A stretch of DNA of 48,823 bases, taken from IMG/VR virus record IMGVR_UViG_3300005286_000036, positions 1 through 48,823 of that record. One strand, 5' to 3'. The notes beneath the pieces were generated by a model. The model made no database searches. It was not told the DNA's origin and saw nothing but the letters and a program-made list of their open reading frames with translations. Of the stretch, positions 26,531-36,118 are shown one piece after another. Made by a program: the position numbers and the translations under genes. Within the stretch, counting starts at the first letter, position 1; every line of letters begins with the position of its first letter. The stretch comes from a virus. Taxonomy: Duplodnaviria; Caudoviricetes.

Positions 26531-27948
26531 TGGCATTCGATCCAACCGCGACCCACCCCAGCTATGACGCCTTTGCGCCGTCCTGGCGCCTTATGCGCGA
26601 CTGCATGGCGGGAGAAGACGAGGTGAAGGCCAAGGGCGAGGCCTATCTGCCCATGAAGTCGGGCACGCGGGCTATTTCCGATGTCGCGCTGCGCCAGGCT
26701 GCCTACGACGCCTACAAGCTGCGTGCCGAGTTCCCCGAGTTGGTAGCGCCGACCGTTCGCGGTGCCGTGGGCACAATGCTGGATCAGGCGCCGGTCATCG
26801 AACTGCCGACGAGCATGGAGGGCCTGCGCGAGCGGGCCACGCGCGACGGGCTGGCCCTCGAAGCCTTGCACCGCCGCATTGCCACTGAACTGATGGTGAT
26901 GGGCCGCTATGGCGTTCTGCCAGGGATTTCGGCCAATGGCTCGCCATACTTGGCCGGCTATGTGGCCGAGGCCATCACCAACTGGGACACAGACGACGAA
27001 CAGCGCCCGGACTGGCTGATACTTAATGAGAGCCGCCTCGAGTTGGATCGGGCGACTGGGAAGTGGAAAAGGCGGGAGCAATACCGCGAATGCTTTGTCG
27101 AAAATGGCCGATATGGCGCCCGTGAGTGGGTGAAATCGTCCAGCGGATGGAGCGCGACTGAGGCTGTCGAAGCGGCGACCCGCAAGCGCGAGGCGCTCAA
27201 CGAACTGCCGTTCGTCTTCATCGATACCAACGACCTGACGCCCGATCCGGACGATGTGCCGCTATACGGGCTCGGCAAGCTGGCGGTGCGGGTCTACCGG
27301 CTTGATGCTGACTATACCTTCGCCCTGCACATGACGAGCGAGCCGACGCCCTGGGCCAACGGCTTTGCCGATCCTGCCGAAGCCGTGAAGAATGGGCAGG
27401 CGCCGACCACGCTTGGATCGTCGAAGCTCTGGCTGCTGCCCGAGGGCGCGACGGCGGGCTATCTGGAATTCACAGGTCCCGGCCTCGATGCCCAGCAAAG
27501 GGCTATCCAGAACAGCCTAGACCGCGCCATCATCTTCGGCGCCAACCTGTTGGCCGACACGGGCAAGACCGCGGAGTCGGGTGAAGCGATCAAGCTTCGC
27601 CTGGGCAACCAGACCAGCACGCTCAAGACCATTGCCATGACCTCAGCGGCGGGGTTGGAGCGGGCCTTGCGCAATCTGGCGACGTGGGTGGGGGAAGACC
27701 CCGAAAAGGTCGTGGTGACGCCCAATCTCGACTTCTTCGACCACACGCTCTCGCCACAGGAAATCCTTGCGATCGTGTCGGGCTGGCAGTCCGGCGCCTT
27801 CTCGAAGCAGACCATGTTCGATCGTTTCAAGAAGGGCGAATTGGTTCCGGCCGAGCGCACCTTTGAGGAGGAGCAGGAGCTGATTGCCGCCGAAGGTGGC
27901 GGGCTGGGCGATCCGGACCTGACGGACGAAGATGGCAACGGTCAATGA
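26530..27948 (+). CDS. Portal protein (DUF4055-like)
   Basis: Follows terL; YLP, YKLRA, LPFVF, ESGEA motifs. Confidence 0.88.
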   Translation: MAFDPTATHPSYDAFAPSWRLMRDCMAGEDEVKAKGEAYLPMKSGTRAISDVALRQAAYDAYKLRAEFPELVAPTVRGAVGTMLDQAPVIELPTSMEGLRERATRDGLALEALHRRIATELMVMGRYGVLPGISANGSPYLAGYVAEAITNWDTDDEQRPDWLILNESRLELDRATGKWKRREQYRECFVENGRYGAREWVKSSSGWSATEAVEAATRKREALNELPFVFIDTNDLTPDPDDVPLYGLGKLAVRVYRLDADYTFALHMTSEPTPWANGFADPAEAVKNGQAPTTLGSSKLWLLPEGATAGYLEFTGPGLDAQQRAIQNSLDRAIIFGANLLADTGKTAESGEAIKLRLGNQTSTLKTIAMTSAAGLERALRNLATWVGEDPEKVVVTPNLDFFDHTLSPQEILAIVSGWQSGAFSKQTMFDRFKKGELVPAERTFEEEQELIAAEGGGLGDPDLTDEDGNGQ

Positions 27949-29632
27949 GGCGATCCGGGATCTGGAGATCAGGCACCAGGTCAACGTACAGCGCCTATCG
28001 TCGGCCACGCTCAGAAAGCTCATCCCACTGCTGGATAAGGCGGATGGGGAGATCGTCGCCAAGCTACTCTCTCGCGGCGCGACGTTGGAAGGGTCGTTCA
28101 CTTCGGTCAGGCTGCAAAAGCTGCTCGACGCGATCCGCGACATCAACCATGCCGCTCATGTGGCGGCTGGCAAAGTACTGACCAGGGAACTGCTGGCCAT
28201 CGCCGGCTATGAGGCCGGATTTCAGCAGCGGCTGATCGGATCGGCGCTTCCCATTGCATGGGACTTCGTATCGCCGTCTGCGGAGATGCTGAAGGCTGCG
28301 GTCACCGCGCGGCCGTTCCAGGGGCGCTTACTCAAGGAATGGGTCTCCGAACTCGACCAGGCCAAGGGCCGCCGTCTTCGTGATGCTATCCGACTCGGGG
28401 TCATCCAGGGCGAAACAGTCGACCAGATCGTCCGCCGGGTGCGGGGCACCAAGGCGCTGAACTATGCCGACGGCGTGATGAGTATCGGTCGGCGAGGCGC
28501 AGAGGCCATGGTGCGGACTGCGGTGGCCCATACGACCACGGCGGCCCGCGATGAACTCTATGCCGCCAATGCTGACCTGATCGCGGCGGAGCAGTGGGTG
28601 TCCACGCTCGATACGCGGACCTGTCCGCACTGCATGGGGCTGGACGGGCAGAAGCTTGCGGTGGGAAAGGGAACGAGGACGCCGGCGCATATAGCCTGCA
28701 GGTGTATCCGCGTTCCCATCACCCGGTCATGGCGTGAGCTGGGCTTCGATATCGACGACCTTCCGGCCGGCACCCGCGCCAGCATGAATGGGCAGGTCAG
28801 CGCTACGGAGACCTATGACAGCTGGCTCCGGAAGCAGCCCGCCGCCGTTCAGGACGAGGCCTTGGGGCCATCGAGGGGCGCGCTGTTCCGCTCGGGCGGT
28901 CTGTCGGTGGACCGGTTCACCAACCGAGCCGGTGATGAACTCAGCCTGGAACAGCTTAAGGCGAAGGAAGACGCGGCCTTTGGCCGGGCAGGGCTGAACA
29001 ACCCCATCAAGTCGCCACCGGGCGCGCCGCGGGATGCCATTGCGGCATTCCTCGATGATGTTGAAGCCCAGCGCGATCTCCTGCGGGCGGAGATGCCCGA
29101 CTACGATCACCATCGGCGCGTCGTCGAGAGTGTGATAGCGGCGAACCGCTGGAAGGCCCAGACGGAGCCGGTCATGGGTGTCAGGCACTACACCGGTGCC
29201 GCCTATGAAGGCTGGAACCGGCGCCTGCGCGAAGGGCAGGGCACGCTGACCGACAGGAAAATGACCGCACTGACGGCCAAAGGGGTCGACCAGATGCCGC
29301 CTCACAAGGGCGAAATCTGGCGGGCTCCGATGCGCAATGCGCAAGGCGGTGATCGCCTCTGGAATGAGGCCGTGATCGGCCAGCCCCTGGGTCTGAAGGA
29401 GCAATTCCAGTCCTTCACCGCCAGCCGCGAAGTGGCAGTGAGCTGGTCGTCGTCGTCAAACCTTGTGGTCTATGCGAAATCGACGCCACGCGGCGCCATC
29501 ATCGACAAGGTGAGCCAGCATCCTTCGGAGAGGGAGGTTTTGCTGCCGCCTGGACTGCGGTATAAGGTGATCGAGAAGCGTGTCGAAGACGGCATTCGCG
29601 TCATCGTCGTGGAGATTGAAAATGGGAACTGA
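27932..29632 (+). CDS. MuF minor head protein with C-terminal ADP-ribosyltransferase domain
   Basis: MuF motifs VRTA, STLDTRTCPHC, PAHIACRC; ART motifs YTG..Y..WNRRLR, WR, QSFT, SEREVLLP. Confidence 0.88.
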   Translation: MATVNEAIRDLEIRHQVNVQRLSSATLRKLIPLLDKADGEIVAKLLSRGATLEGSFTSVRLQKLLDAIRDINHAAHVAAGKVLTRELLAIAGYEAGFQQRLIGSALPIAWDFVSPSAEMLKAAVTARPFQGRLLKEWVSELDQAKGRRLRDAIRLGVIQGETVDQIVRRVRGTKALNYADGVMSIGRRGAEAMVRTAVAHTTTAARDELYAANADLIAAEQWVSTLDTRTCPHCMGLDGQKLAVGKGTRTPAHIACRCIRVPITRSWRELGFDIDDLPAGTRASMNGQVSATETYDSWLRKQPAAVQDEALGPSRGALFRSGGLSVDRFTNRAGDELSLEQLKAKEDAAFGRAGLNNPIKSPPGAPRDAIAAFLDDVEAQRDLLRAEMPDYDHHRRVVESVIAANRWKAQTEPVMGVRHYTGAAYEGWNRRLREGQGTLTDRKMTALTAKGVDQMPPHKGEIWRAPMRNAQGGDRLWNEAVIGQPLGLKEQFQSFTASREVAVSWSSSSNLVVYAKSTPRGAIIDKVSQHPSEREVLLPPGLRYKVIEKRVEDGIRVIVVEIENGN

Positions 29633-29807
29633 CCACCGTCAGGACTATTCGATCCTGCGTCTCTATCTGGTAGGGGCGCGGATGCATGACGACTATTCGC
29701 GTGATGATGCTGTCGAGGACTTCGTGCGGATGCACCCGGATGCTGATCCGGCTGAGGTGCGCGCCGAACTCGACCGGGAGATGGCCAAGGAACTGGCCGC
29801 GTCGTGA
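29622..29807 (+). CDS. Small acidic protein, candidate immunity protein
   Basis: 61 aa, overlaps the end of MuF-ART; GGAG RBS. Confidence 0.6.
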   Translation: MGTDHRQDYSILRLYLVGARMHDDYSRDDAVEDFVRMHPDADPAEVRAELDREMAKELAAS

Positions 29808-30079
29808 AAGACGATTTCCGCGACCGCTCCCATCTGACCACTATTGATGGTGACCGCCCAGCAGGAATGCCGCGGGCAGGGCGACGTACCGCCCTCGACC
29901 AGGATGAGCAGGTGACTTGCCCTCAATGCCTTGCCGATACCGGTGTTGAAACCAGCGCCGTGGTTGAGGTGACCGTGGCGCCTCGGCGCTCGCCGACAGG
30001 TAGGAAGGTTGGCGGGACCAAGCAATGGGTTTGTGCTCACTGCTTGGCGCGTGGGAAGGTTACACAGCTAATCAACTAG
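29804..30079 (+). CDS. Zn-ribbon hypothetical protein
   Basis: CPQC...CAHC; GTGA overlap. Confidence 0.65.
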   Translation: MKDDFRDRSHLTTIDGDRPAGMPRAGRRTALDQDEQVTCPQCLADTGVETSAVVEVTVAPRRSPTGRKVGGTKQWVCAHCLARGKVTQLIN

Positions 30080-30804
30080 CGCTTTGACTTTGGAACGTCC
30101 CAATCACCGTCGAATAGCGGGCGAAATCTTTGAATTGTTCGAATGTCGGTTGGTCTGCTGACGACGACGGTTAGGGGGTCCTTGTTAGTGCAATCGAGAT
30201 CCACCAGAATTTGCGGCGCCTTCCGCTGATCGAGCTTAATGATCGCCTCAAGGCGGCCAAAATAGAGCGTCACGATGTTGATGTTTTCCATCACGGCTCT
30301 TGTCGGGCTTGAGGTGATGTCCGCTATGTCGTCACCAACCACGATCTGCGGACGGACGAGAGCAATTTGGGTTTGGAATGGTGCCCCTTCGAATAAGTGC
30401 CCTCGAATTAGGTCCGCATATTTTTCCCCCAGAAAGCTCCCTTCCTTCCGAAGGATTTGGTTGCGATCGAACCGCCAAGCCACCGACAAAAGGAACCTGG
30501 TTAGCAAATCAGGCTGGGGATTGGCTACTTTCGCGGCCTCGCTGATGCCTGACTTATTTTGCAAGTTGGAAACAGCCCGGACGATCGATACGCCGTAGGT
30601 GTCGAGCTGATTTAACTGCCGTTCGTGAGTGGCGCAAAGCAGGCCCCTCGCACTAAACCCACTCTGCGTGATGCCAACCCGGCGCTCATCAACTGTGATG
30701 ACGTTCAGGTTCTTTGCCCCCGCGCGCAAATCAAGCGCGAGCGCCTTGGGCACAATGTGGTTGTGCGTAGCGGAGATTTCCCCGCACACAGCGCATGCGT
30801 TCAA
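30076..30804 (-). CDS. HNH-like accessory protein
   Basis: CAVC..HNHIVPK..LLCATHE N-terminus; antisense; TTG start at 30804 or 30819. Confidence 0.65.
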   Translation of the reverse strand: MNACAVCGEISATHNHIVPKALALDLRAGAKNLNVITVDERRVGITQSGFSARGLLCATHERQLNQLDTYGVSIVRAVSNLQNKSGISEAAKVANPQPDLLTRFLLSVAWRFDRNQILRKEGSFLGEKYADLIRGHLFEGAPFQTQIALVRPQIVVGDDIADITSSPTRAVMENINIVTLYFGRLEAIIKLDQRKAPQILVDLDCTNKDPLTVVVSRPTDIRTIQRFRPLFDGDWDVPKSKR

Positions 30805-30817
30805 TTTGATCCCCCCC

Positions 30818-30847
30818 AAAAAGCCCCGCTCCGTTGGCGGGGTTTTT
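30818..30847. terminator. Bidirectional intrinsic terminator
   Basis: AAAAA-GCCCCGC-loop-GCGGGGT-TTTT. Confidence 0.7.
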
Positions 30848-30885
30848 CATGCCCGCGAGCCGGGCGCAACCCAAGGAGATGCCCG

Positions 30886-31665
30886 ATGGGCCTCAAATCC
30901 ATCTACACCTCGCTGGATGATATCCCCGAGGAGCACAAGTCCTTCTACAAGGAAGACGGCGACAAGTTCGTCCTCGATATCGAGGGCATCGATGATCACC
31001 CCAAGGTACGGGGCGTCATCACCGCCAATCGCGAGAACGTCAAGAAGCGCGACGAATATAAGGGCAAGGTGGCCGAGCTCGAGCAGAAGCTGGCCGAAAT
31101 CCCCGAAGGTTTCGATGCCGAGGAATATTTGGCTCTCAAGGCGAAAGCCGGCGATCTCGACGACCAAGGCCGCAAGAAGGCCGAAGATGAGCACCTTCAG
31201 TCGCAGCGGCAGCTTTATGAGCAGCGCATTGCCAACCTGACCAAGAAGCACGAAACCGACCTGGCCACGCTTACCGAGCAGCTCGCCGAGCGCGATGGCT
31301 ATATCGACAAAACCACCAAGCTCGATGTTCTGCGCAAGTCCTTGCGTGACGTCGGCATCGACCCTGATTTCGAGGACGTTGTCGTCGACCACCTTTCCCC
31401 GTCCATCAAAGTCACGCGCGCCGACGACGGCAATCGGAAAGCCTTCGTGGAAACCGACCTCGGCGAAGTGGATGTCGCGTCCTTCGTGAAGGACTGGACC
31501 GCGTCGAAGGGGCAGAAATTCCTCGGCAAGGCGACCGGTCCCAGCCCTGAAGGCAACAAAGGGGGTGGCCGTGGCAATAGGCTTCCCGCCGGTGATTTCG
31601 GCGGCGACAAGAGCGATCGCACCAAGGCGATTGCCGCGAAGTTCCCCGAACTGGCTCAGCAATAG
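30886..31665 (+). CDS. Capsid scaffolding protein
   Basis: MGLKSIYTSLDDIPEE..Y.E.GDKFVLDIEG, coiled coil; AAGGAG RBS; precedes the capsid gene. Confidence 0.85.
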   Translation: MGLKSIYTSLDDIPEEHKSFYKEDGDKFVLDIEGIDDHPKVRGVITANRENVKKRDEYKGKVAELEQKLAEIPEGFDAEEYLALKAKAGDLDDQGRKKAEDEHLQSQRQLYEQRIANLTKKHETDLATLTEQLAERDGYIDKTTKLDVLRKSLRDVGIDPDFEDVVVDHLSPSIKVTRADDGNRKAFVETDLGEVDVASFVKDWTASKGQKFLGKATGPSPEGNKGGGRGNRLPAGDFGGDKSDRTKAIAAKFPELAQQ

Positions 31666-31774
31666 CCAGGTTCTCCTTCGGCTGCCCTCGATGGGGTGCG
31701 GCCCCGGCGCGACGCGCCACTCAGCCGGACTGACGGCACCCCAACTCCCCAATCCCGAACATTGAGGTTCAGCT

Positions 31775-32758
31775 ATGTCCCTGTCTCAGATGCAGGTCTT
31801 CAACAAGTACATCATGCCAGCGACGATCGAGACGCTGGCGCAGTTGGTCGAGAAGTTCAACGGTGCCTCGGGCGGCGCGATCCGCCTGACCACCGAGGGC
31901 TTCGAGGGCGACTTCCTTCAGGAATCGTTCTATGCCGCCATCCACTCGGCCAGGCGCCGCGTCGATCGCTATGCGACCAATGCCGCGGCTACGCCCACCG
32001 ACCTGACCCAGCTCAAGCACTCTTCGGTCAAGGTGGCCGGCGGCTTCGGCCCCGTCCGCTTCGAGCCGTCGCAGATGACCTGGCTCAACAAGCCGACCGC
32101 CGAAGGTATCGAGGTGGCCTCCCGCAACTTCGCCGAGGCACTGCTGCAGGACCAGCTCAACACCTCCATCGCAGCTCTTGTGGCCGCCATCGGCAACCAG
32201 GGCTCCGCAACCACAGTGGACGTGTCCGCCACCAAGAAGGTGGACTATGTGGCGGTCAATGACAGCCATGCACTGTTCGGCGACCACTCGCCACTGCTGG
32301 TTGCGCAGATCATGGATGGCGTGTCCTACCATGGTTTTATCGGCCAGAACCTGACCAATGGCGAGACGCTATTCCAGGCCGGCAATGTCCGCGTGGTGGA
32401 TATTCTCGGCCGTGCGGTTGTCGTGACGGACGCGCCGGCGCTCTACAGCGCCGGTGAAGTTGGCCCTCCGGAGGTGCCGGCCAAGCGCCGTGTGCTCTCA
32501 CTGTCCTCCAATGCCGCCGTGGTGCACGACAGCCGCGACATCATCTCGAACATCGAGACGAGCAACGGCAAGGAGCGCATCGAGACCACGCTGCAGATCG
32601 ACTACACCTTCGGTCTCGGCCTCAAGGGCTACACCTGGGACGAGGCCAATGGCGGCAAGTCTCCGACCGACGCCGAGCTGAGCACCGGCTCGAACTGGGA
32701 CAAGTCCGCCACCTCGATCAAACACACGGCCGGCGTCATGGCCATCGGCCAGGCCTGA
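31775..32758 (+). CDS. Major capsid protein
   Basis: 327 aa, FNGASGGAI, GLKGYTWD...SPTDAEL.TGSNW, KHTAGV; strong codon bias. Confidence 0.92.
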   Translation: MSLSQMQVFNKYIMPATIETLAQLVEKFNGASGGAIRLTTEGFEGDFLQESFYAAIHSARRRVDRYATNAAATPTDLTQLKHSSVKVAGGFGPVRFEPSQMTWLNKPTAEGIEVASRNFAEALLQDQLNTSIAALVAAIGNQGSATTVDVSATKKVDYVAVNDSHALFGDHSPLLVAQIMDGVSYHGFIGQNLTNGETLFQAGNVRVVDILGRAVVVTDAPALYSAGEVGPPEVPAKRRVLSLSSNAAVVHDSRDIISNIETSNGKERIETTLQIDYTFGLGLKGYTWDEANGGKSPTDAELSTGSNWDKSATSIKHTAGVMAIGQA

Positions 32759-32824
32759 TCACTGGCTTTGGCAGTGGAGGCGGGTTCGCTCGCCTCCATC
32801 ACCAAGGCCAGAATGGAGATCATC

Positions 32825-33298
32825 ATGCCGAAGATCGTCTTGGATAAAGTCGCATATGTCCGTCACCCCGTATTGCCCGAGCTGAAGCGCAAGCTGAACA
32901 GTGAGGGATTTCAGATCATTGATGCTGCCTTCGCCCCGGAAGGCACCGAGATCGTCAATGGCTCCGGTACTCCTTCCGACGACGTTCAGGATGTCGCGCA
33001 GCTCAAGGTGGCGAAGGGCGCGGGCGGCAAATGGTTCGTCAAGCATGGCCGCAAGAACGTCAAGGGTCCGTTCGAAACCGAAGCAGAGGCCGAGGCCGCC
33101 ATGGTCACGCCCGATGGCATTCCGACGCCCATTCCCGAAGCGTGGGAAGCCATGACTGACGAGGAACTGGTGAAGCTGGCCGGGGAACTGGCCGGCGAGC
33201 CGGTGATCGAATTGAACGGCCAGACTCCGGCCGATCGCGCCAAGTCCATCATTCAGGCGACGGTTGCCGATCGGGCAAGCCGGGCCAACGGCCAATGA
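32825..33298 (+). CDS. Hypothetical head-associated protein
   Basis: Y.RHPV.PE.KRKL..EGFQIIDA.FAP pattern after the capsid gene; GGAG RBS. Confidence 0.7.
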   Translation: MPKIVLDKVAYVRHPVLPELKRKLNSEGFQIIDAAFAPEGTEIVNGSGTPSDDVQDVAQLKVAKGAGGKWFVKHGRKNVKGPFETEAEAEAAMVTPDGIPTPIPEAWEAMTDEELVKLAGELAGEPVIELNGQTPADRAKSIIQATVADRASRANGQ

Positions 33299-33738
33299 CA
33301 ACGATTGCCTACAAGGCGGGCATCATGGCTGCGGACACACGCGCATATGGCGGTTTCAACACGCCACTTGGACAAAAGCGCAAAATCCGTCGCCTGCCGG
33401 ACGGCACGCTGATCGGCTGTTCGTCCAATCAGGTCGGTCTCGGTGAGGCTGTCATGGACTGGTATGAGGCCGGCGCCGATCCAGAGAAAGGTCCGAAGGC
33501 AGACGAAACCAAGTTCACCCTGCTGGTTGTCAAACCGAATGGGGAAGCGTTCTACGGCTATGACAGCTTCTATCTCTCCGGCCCGATCAGGGCTGATTGC
33601 TTCGCTGTGGGCAGTGGGGAAGGGCTGGCCCACGGCGCCATGCGTGCCGGGGCATCCGCGGAGCGCGCCGTCGAAATCGCGTGCGACGCCGACATTTGGT
33701 CGGGCCTTCCGGTTCTTACCGTCTCGCACGAGGGTTGA
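33295..33738 (+). CDS. Ntn-hydrolase, proteasome-beta/HslV-like peptidase
   Basis: N-terminal (M)TTIA, AADTR, RKI, AVGSG..A.GAM. Confidence 0.8.
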   Translation: MTTIAYKAGIMAADTRAYGGFNTPLGQKRKIRRLPDGTLIGCSSNQVGLGEAVMDWYEAGADPEKGPKADETKFTLLVVKPNGEAFYGYDSFYLSGPIRADCFAVGSGEGLAHGAMRAGASAERAVEIACDADIWSGLPVLTVSHEG

Positions 33739-33740
33739 TC

Positions 33741-34181
33741 ATGCTGTCCTACACCGAAGCTGCCGTCACCGTTGCAGAGGCCGACGCATATGCCGCCCTC
33801 CGGGCGTGGTCGGACTGGACCGGTACGGACCAGGTCAAGACCGCGGCGCTGCGTCGGGGACAGGACTATATCGCCGGAATCGGAAATGGCCGATGGTCGA
33901 CTGGTTGGGACAACGATGCGGCGCCGGAACCGGTGAAGTTCGCCATCATCGAAGCTGCCCGTCGCGAAATGGTCGCCCCCGGTTCCTTGGCCCCCGACTA
34001 TGTCGCTTCACGCGTGGTCTCTCGTGAGAAGAAGAAGGTCGGGCCTCTTGAGAAGGAGCTGGAATACGCGCAGGCGTCCAGCGCGGCCGCCGTGCGACCG
34101 AACATTGCGATAATCGACCAACTCCTCGCCGGCCTTCTCACCGCCGCAGGCGGGGCTTCTGTGGACCTTCTGCGGGTGTAA
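33741..34181 (+). CDS. Head-tail adaptor (DnaT-like family)
   Basis: VAEADAY, AALRRGQDYI, P..VKFA..EAA, KKKVGPLEKEY-like end. Confidence 0.8.
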   Translation: MLSYTEAAVTVAEADAYAALRAWSDWTGTDQVKTAALRRGQDYIAGIGNGRWSTGWDNDAAPEPVKFAIIEAARREMVAPGSLAPDYVASRVVSREKKKVGPLEKELEYAQASSAAAVRPNIAIIDQLLAGLLTAAGGASVDLLRV

Positions 34182-34183
34182 CT

Positions 34184-34567
34184 ATGAAGCCCGTAGATCA
34201 GACCCAATTCGCCGGTCAGGGCGCTGGCGGCGATTGCGTGCGAGCTTCGCTCGCTTCGATTCTGGAGCTTTCGATTGCCGAAGTGCCTCACTTCCTTGAG
34301 ATCGCTGCCCAGCCCTCTCACTGGGAAATCGAGTTTGTCGAATGGCTCGAAGCGCTGGGCATCGGCGTTTGGCGCGAGGAAGGCCACTATGTGTTCGATG
34401 GCTTCTATCTAGCTTCCGGACCGGCAGAGCGCGGTGTGAGCCACATGGTGGTGTATCGGAACGGCGAACTCGCCCATGACCCGCACCCCTCGCGCGCCGG
34501 ACTGATTGACGTTGCGTGGTCGAGGATGCTTGTTCCGCTGGACCCCGCCATTCTTTTGAGGGCGTGA
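34184..34567 (+). CDS. Papain/C39-like cysteine peptidase homolog
   Basis: Q..GDCVRASLASIL, SHMVV, HDP (Cys-His-Asp). Confidence 0.65.
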   Translation: MKPVDQTQFAGQGAGGDCVRASLASILELSIAEVPHFLEIAAQPSHWEIEFVEWLEALGIGVWREEGHYVFDGFYLASGPAERGVSHMVVYRNGELAHDPHPSRAGLIDVAWSRMLVPLDPAILLRA

Positions 34568-34569
34568 AG

Positions 34570-34983
34570 ATGGCAATCGAGAAGTTCGACTACATCGAGA
34601 GCCAGCAGGACGCCGATGAACTTATCGAGGAATTCGGCCAGGTCGGCGCTATCCCGCGGACAGTCATGGGGCCACCGCCTAACGAATGGACGCCGGGGGA
34701 GGGCACGAAGGTCTATCACGCCATCAAGGTCGCCGTGCTGCCGATAAACCTGCAAGACGCCGGCAAGGATATCGGCGGTACCGTCATCAAGGCCACCGAT
34801 GTCCAAATCCTCGGCTCGGTTTCAGGGCTTTTGATCACGCCAACGACGACCGACACCATTCTGGTCGATGGCGCCTTTAATGGGGATGTCTACGAGGGTG
34901 GGAGGTCACTCACCATCATTCGTTGCAACACCCTGGCACCAGCCGGCGTCCCGGTGATGCACGACATGCTGGCGTCGGCCTGA
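34570..34983 (+). CDS. Head closure protein
   Basis: ADELIEEFG, GTVIKATD, LAPAG; neck synteny. Confidence 0.75.
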   Translation: MAIEKFDYIESQQDADELIEEFGQVGAIPRTVMGPPPNEWTPGEGTKVYHAIKVAVLPINLQDAGKDIGGTVIKATDVQILGSVSGLLITPTTTDTILVDGAFNGDVYEGGRSLTIIRCNTLAPAGVPVMHDMLASA

Positions 34984-35384
34984 TGGTCTTCGCCAACGAC
35001 GTTTCCAAGTGGACGGCAAAGACCCAGGCCAAGATCGAAACGGCCATTCGCAAGATCGCCATCGATGTCTTTGCCGAGGTCATCATGATGAGCCCCGTCG
35101 ATACCGGGCGCTTCCGTGGGAATTGGCAGGTGGCCATCGGCAGCGTGCCTACGGGCACGCTTGAGATCGACGACAAGACCGGCACTGCAACGCTGAGCAA
35201 GGCGCAGGCGACCGCGATGGGCCTTGAGGCCGGGCAGTCGATATTTCTCGTGAACAACCTGCCGTATGCCATGGCCCTTGAGTATGGGCTCAGCCAGCAG
35301 GCACCTGGCGGCATGATCCGGCTGACTGTGCAGCGCTGGAAGCCAATCGTCGAGGCAGTGGGCCGTGAATTGAGTCGGGAGTAG
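34983..35384 (+). CDS. HK97 gp10-like neck protein
   Basis: SPVDTGRFRGNW, NNLPYA..LEYG.S.QAPGG. Confidence 0.85.
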   Translation: MVFANDVSKWTAKTQAKIETAIRKIAIDVFAEVIMMSPVDTGRFRGNWQVAIGSVPTGTLEIDDKTGTATLSKAQATAMGLEAGQSIFLVNNLPYAMALEYGLSQQAPGGMIRLTVQRWKPIVEAVGRELSRE

Positions 35385-35387
35385 GCA

Positions 35388-35804
35388 ATGGCGACAGTCG
35401 AATCCGGCATTCAGACAGCGCTATTTGCGCGCGCCGCGTTGCTGGTGCTTTCGCCGGCCCATCCCGTGGCCTGGCCCAATGTCAGCTTCACGCCGCCCGC
35501 CAACAAGAAATACCTGCGGGTCTCTCATCTGCCCAACACCACTGATCGCCTGTTTGTCGGTAATGCCGATCCGCATCGGCACCAAGGCATCCTTCAGATC
35601 ATGGTCTGCGCGCCACTGAATAGCGGCGAGGCAGCGGCCCGCGAGCTCGCCGGGCTCGTTGCCAGCCACTTCCCGCCCGGACTGACGCTCTACAGCGGCG
35701 GTGTGCGGGTCAAGATCACGAAGCGGGCCAACATCGCATCGGCGCTGCTGACCAATACCGAGATGCAGATCCCGGTCAGCATCGAATACCAGGCCTTCAA
35801 CTAG
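35388..35804 (+). CDS. Tail terminator (DUF4128-like)
   Basis: VAWPNV.FTPP, GILQI.V..P, IPVSI.Y. Confidence 0.8.
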   Translation: MATVESGIQTALFARAALLVLSPAHPVAWPNVSFTPPANKKYLRVSHLPNTTDRLFVGNADPHRHQGILQIMVCAPLNSGEAAARELAGLVASHFPPGLTLYSGGVRVKITKRANIASALLTNTEMQIPVSIEYQAFN

Positions 35805-35813
35805 GAGCCAGTC

Positions 35814-36050
35814 ATGAACATCGTCTATTCCCGCACCAAGGTGCAGGGCGCCGCCTATCGTCCCGATGTGCGCGTCCTCAACCCCCGCTTCTTCACCGAA
35901 GTCAGTCCCAAGGCAACGGCCGTATTCATCAATGGCGACTATCCCGATATCCGGGCTGCCTATGGCGCTGCTGGCATCCCGGTGGCCGACTTCACCACCA
36001 TCAGCGCCGTGCCGACGATCCCCCAGGCCGCCAAGGGCAAGACCAAGTAG
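35814..36050 (+). CDS. Hypothetical virion-associated protein
   Basis: NPRFF...GDYPDI.AAY..AGI.V; AGGAG RBS. Confidence 0.7.
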   Translation: MNIVYSRTKVQGAAYRPDVRVLNPRFFTEVSPKATAVFINGDYPDIRAAYGAAGIPVADFTTISAVPTIPQAAKGKTK

Positions 36051-36075
36051 CCGCCGCCTAATAGCCGATCCACCC

Positions 36076-36098
36076 AGCCCGCCGAGAGCGGGTTTTTT
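36076..36098 (+). terminator. Intrinsic terminator
   Basis: AGCCCGC-CGAGA-GCGGGTT-TTTT. Confidence 0.7.
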
Positions 36099-36118
36099 CA
36101 TGTCGGAAGGAACCCGAA

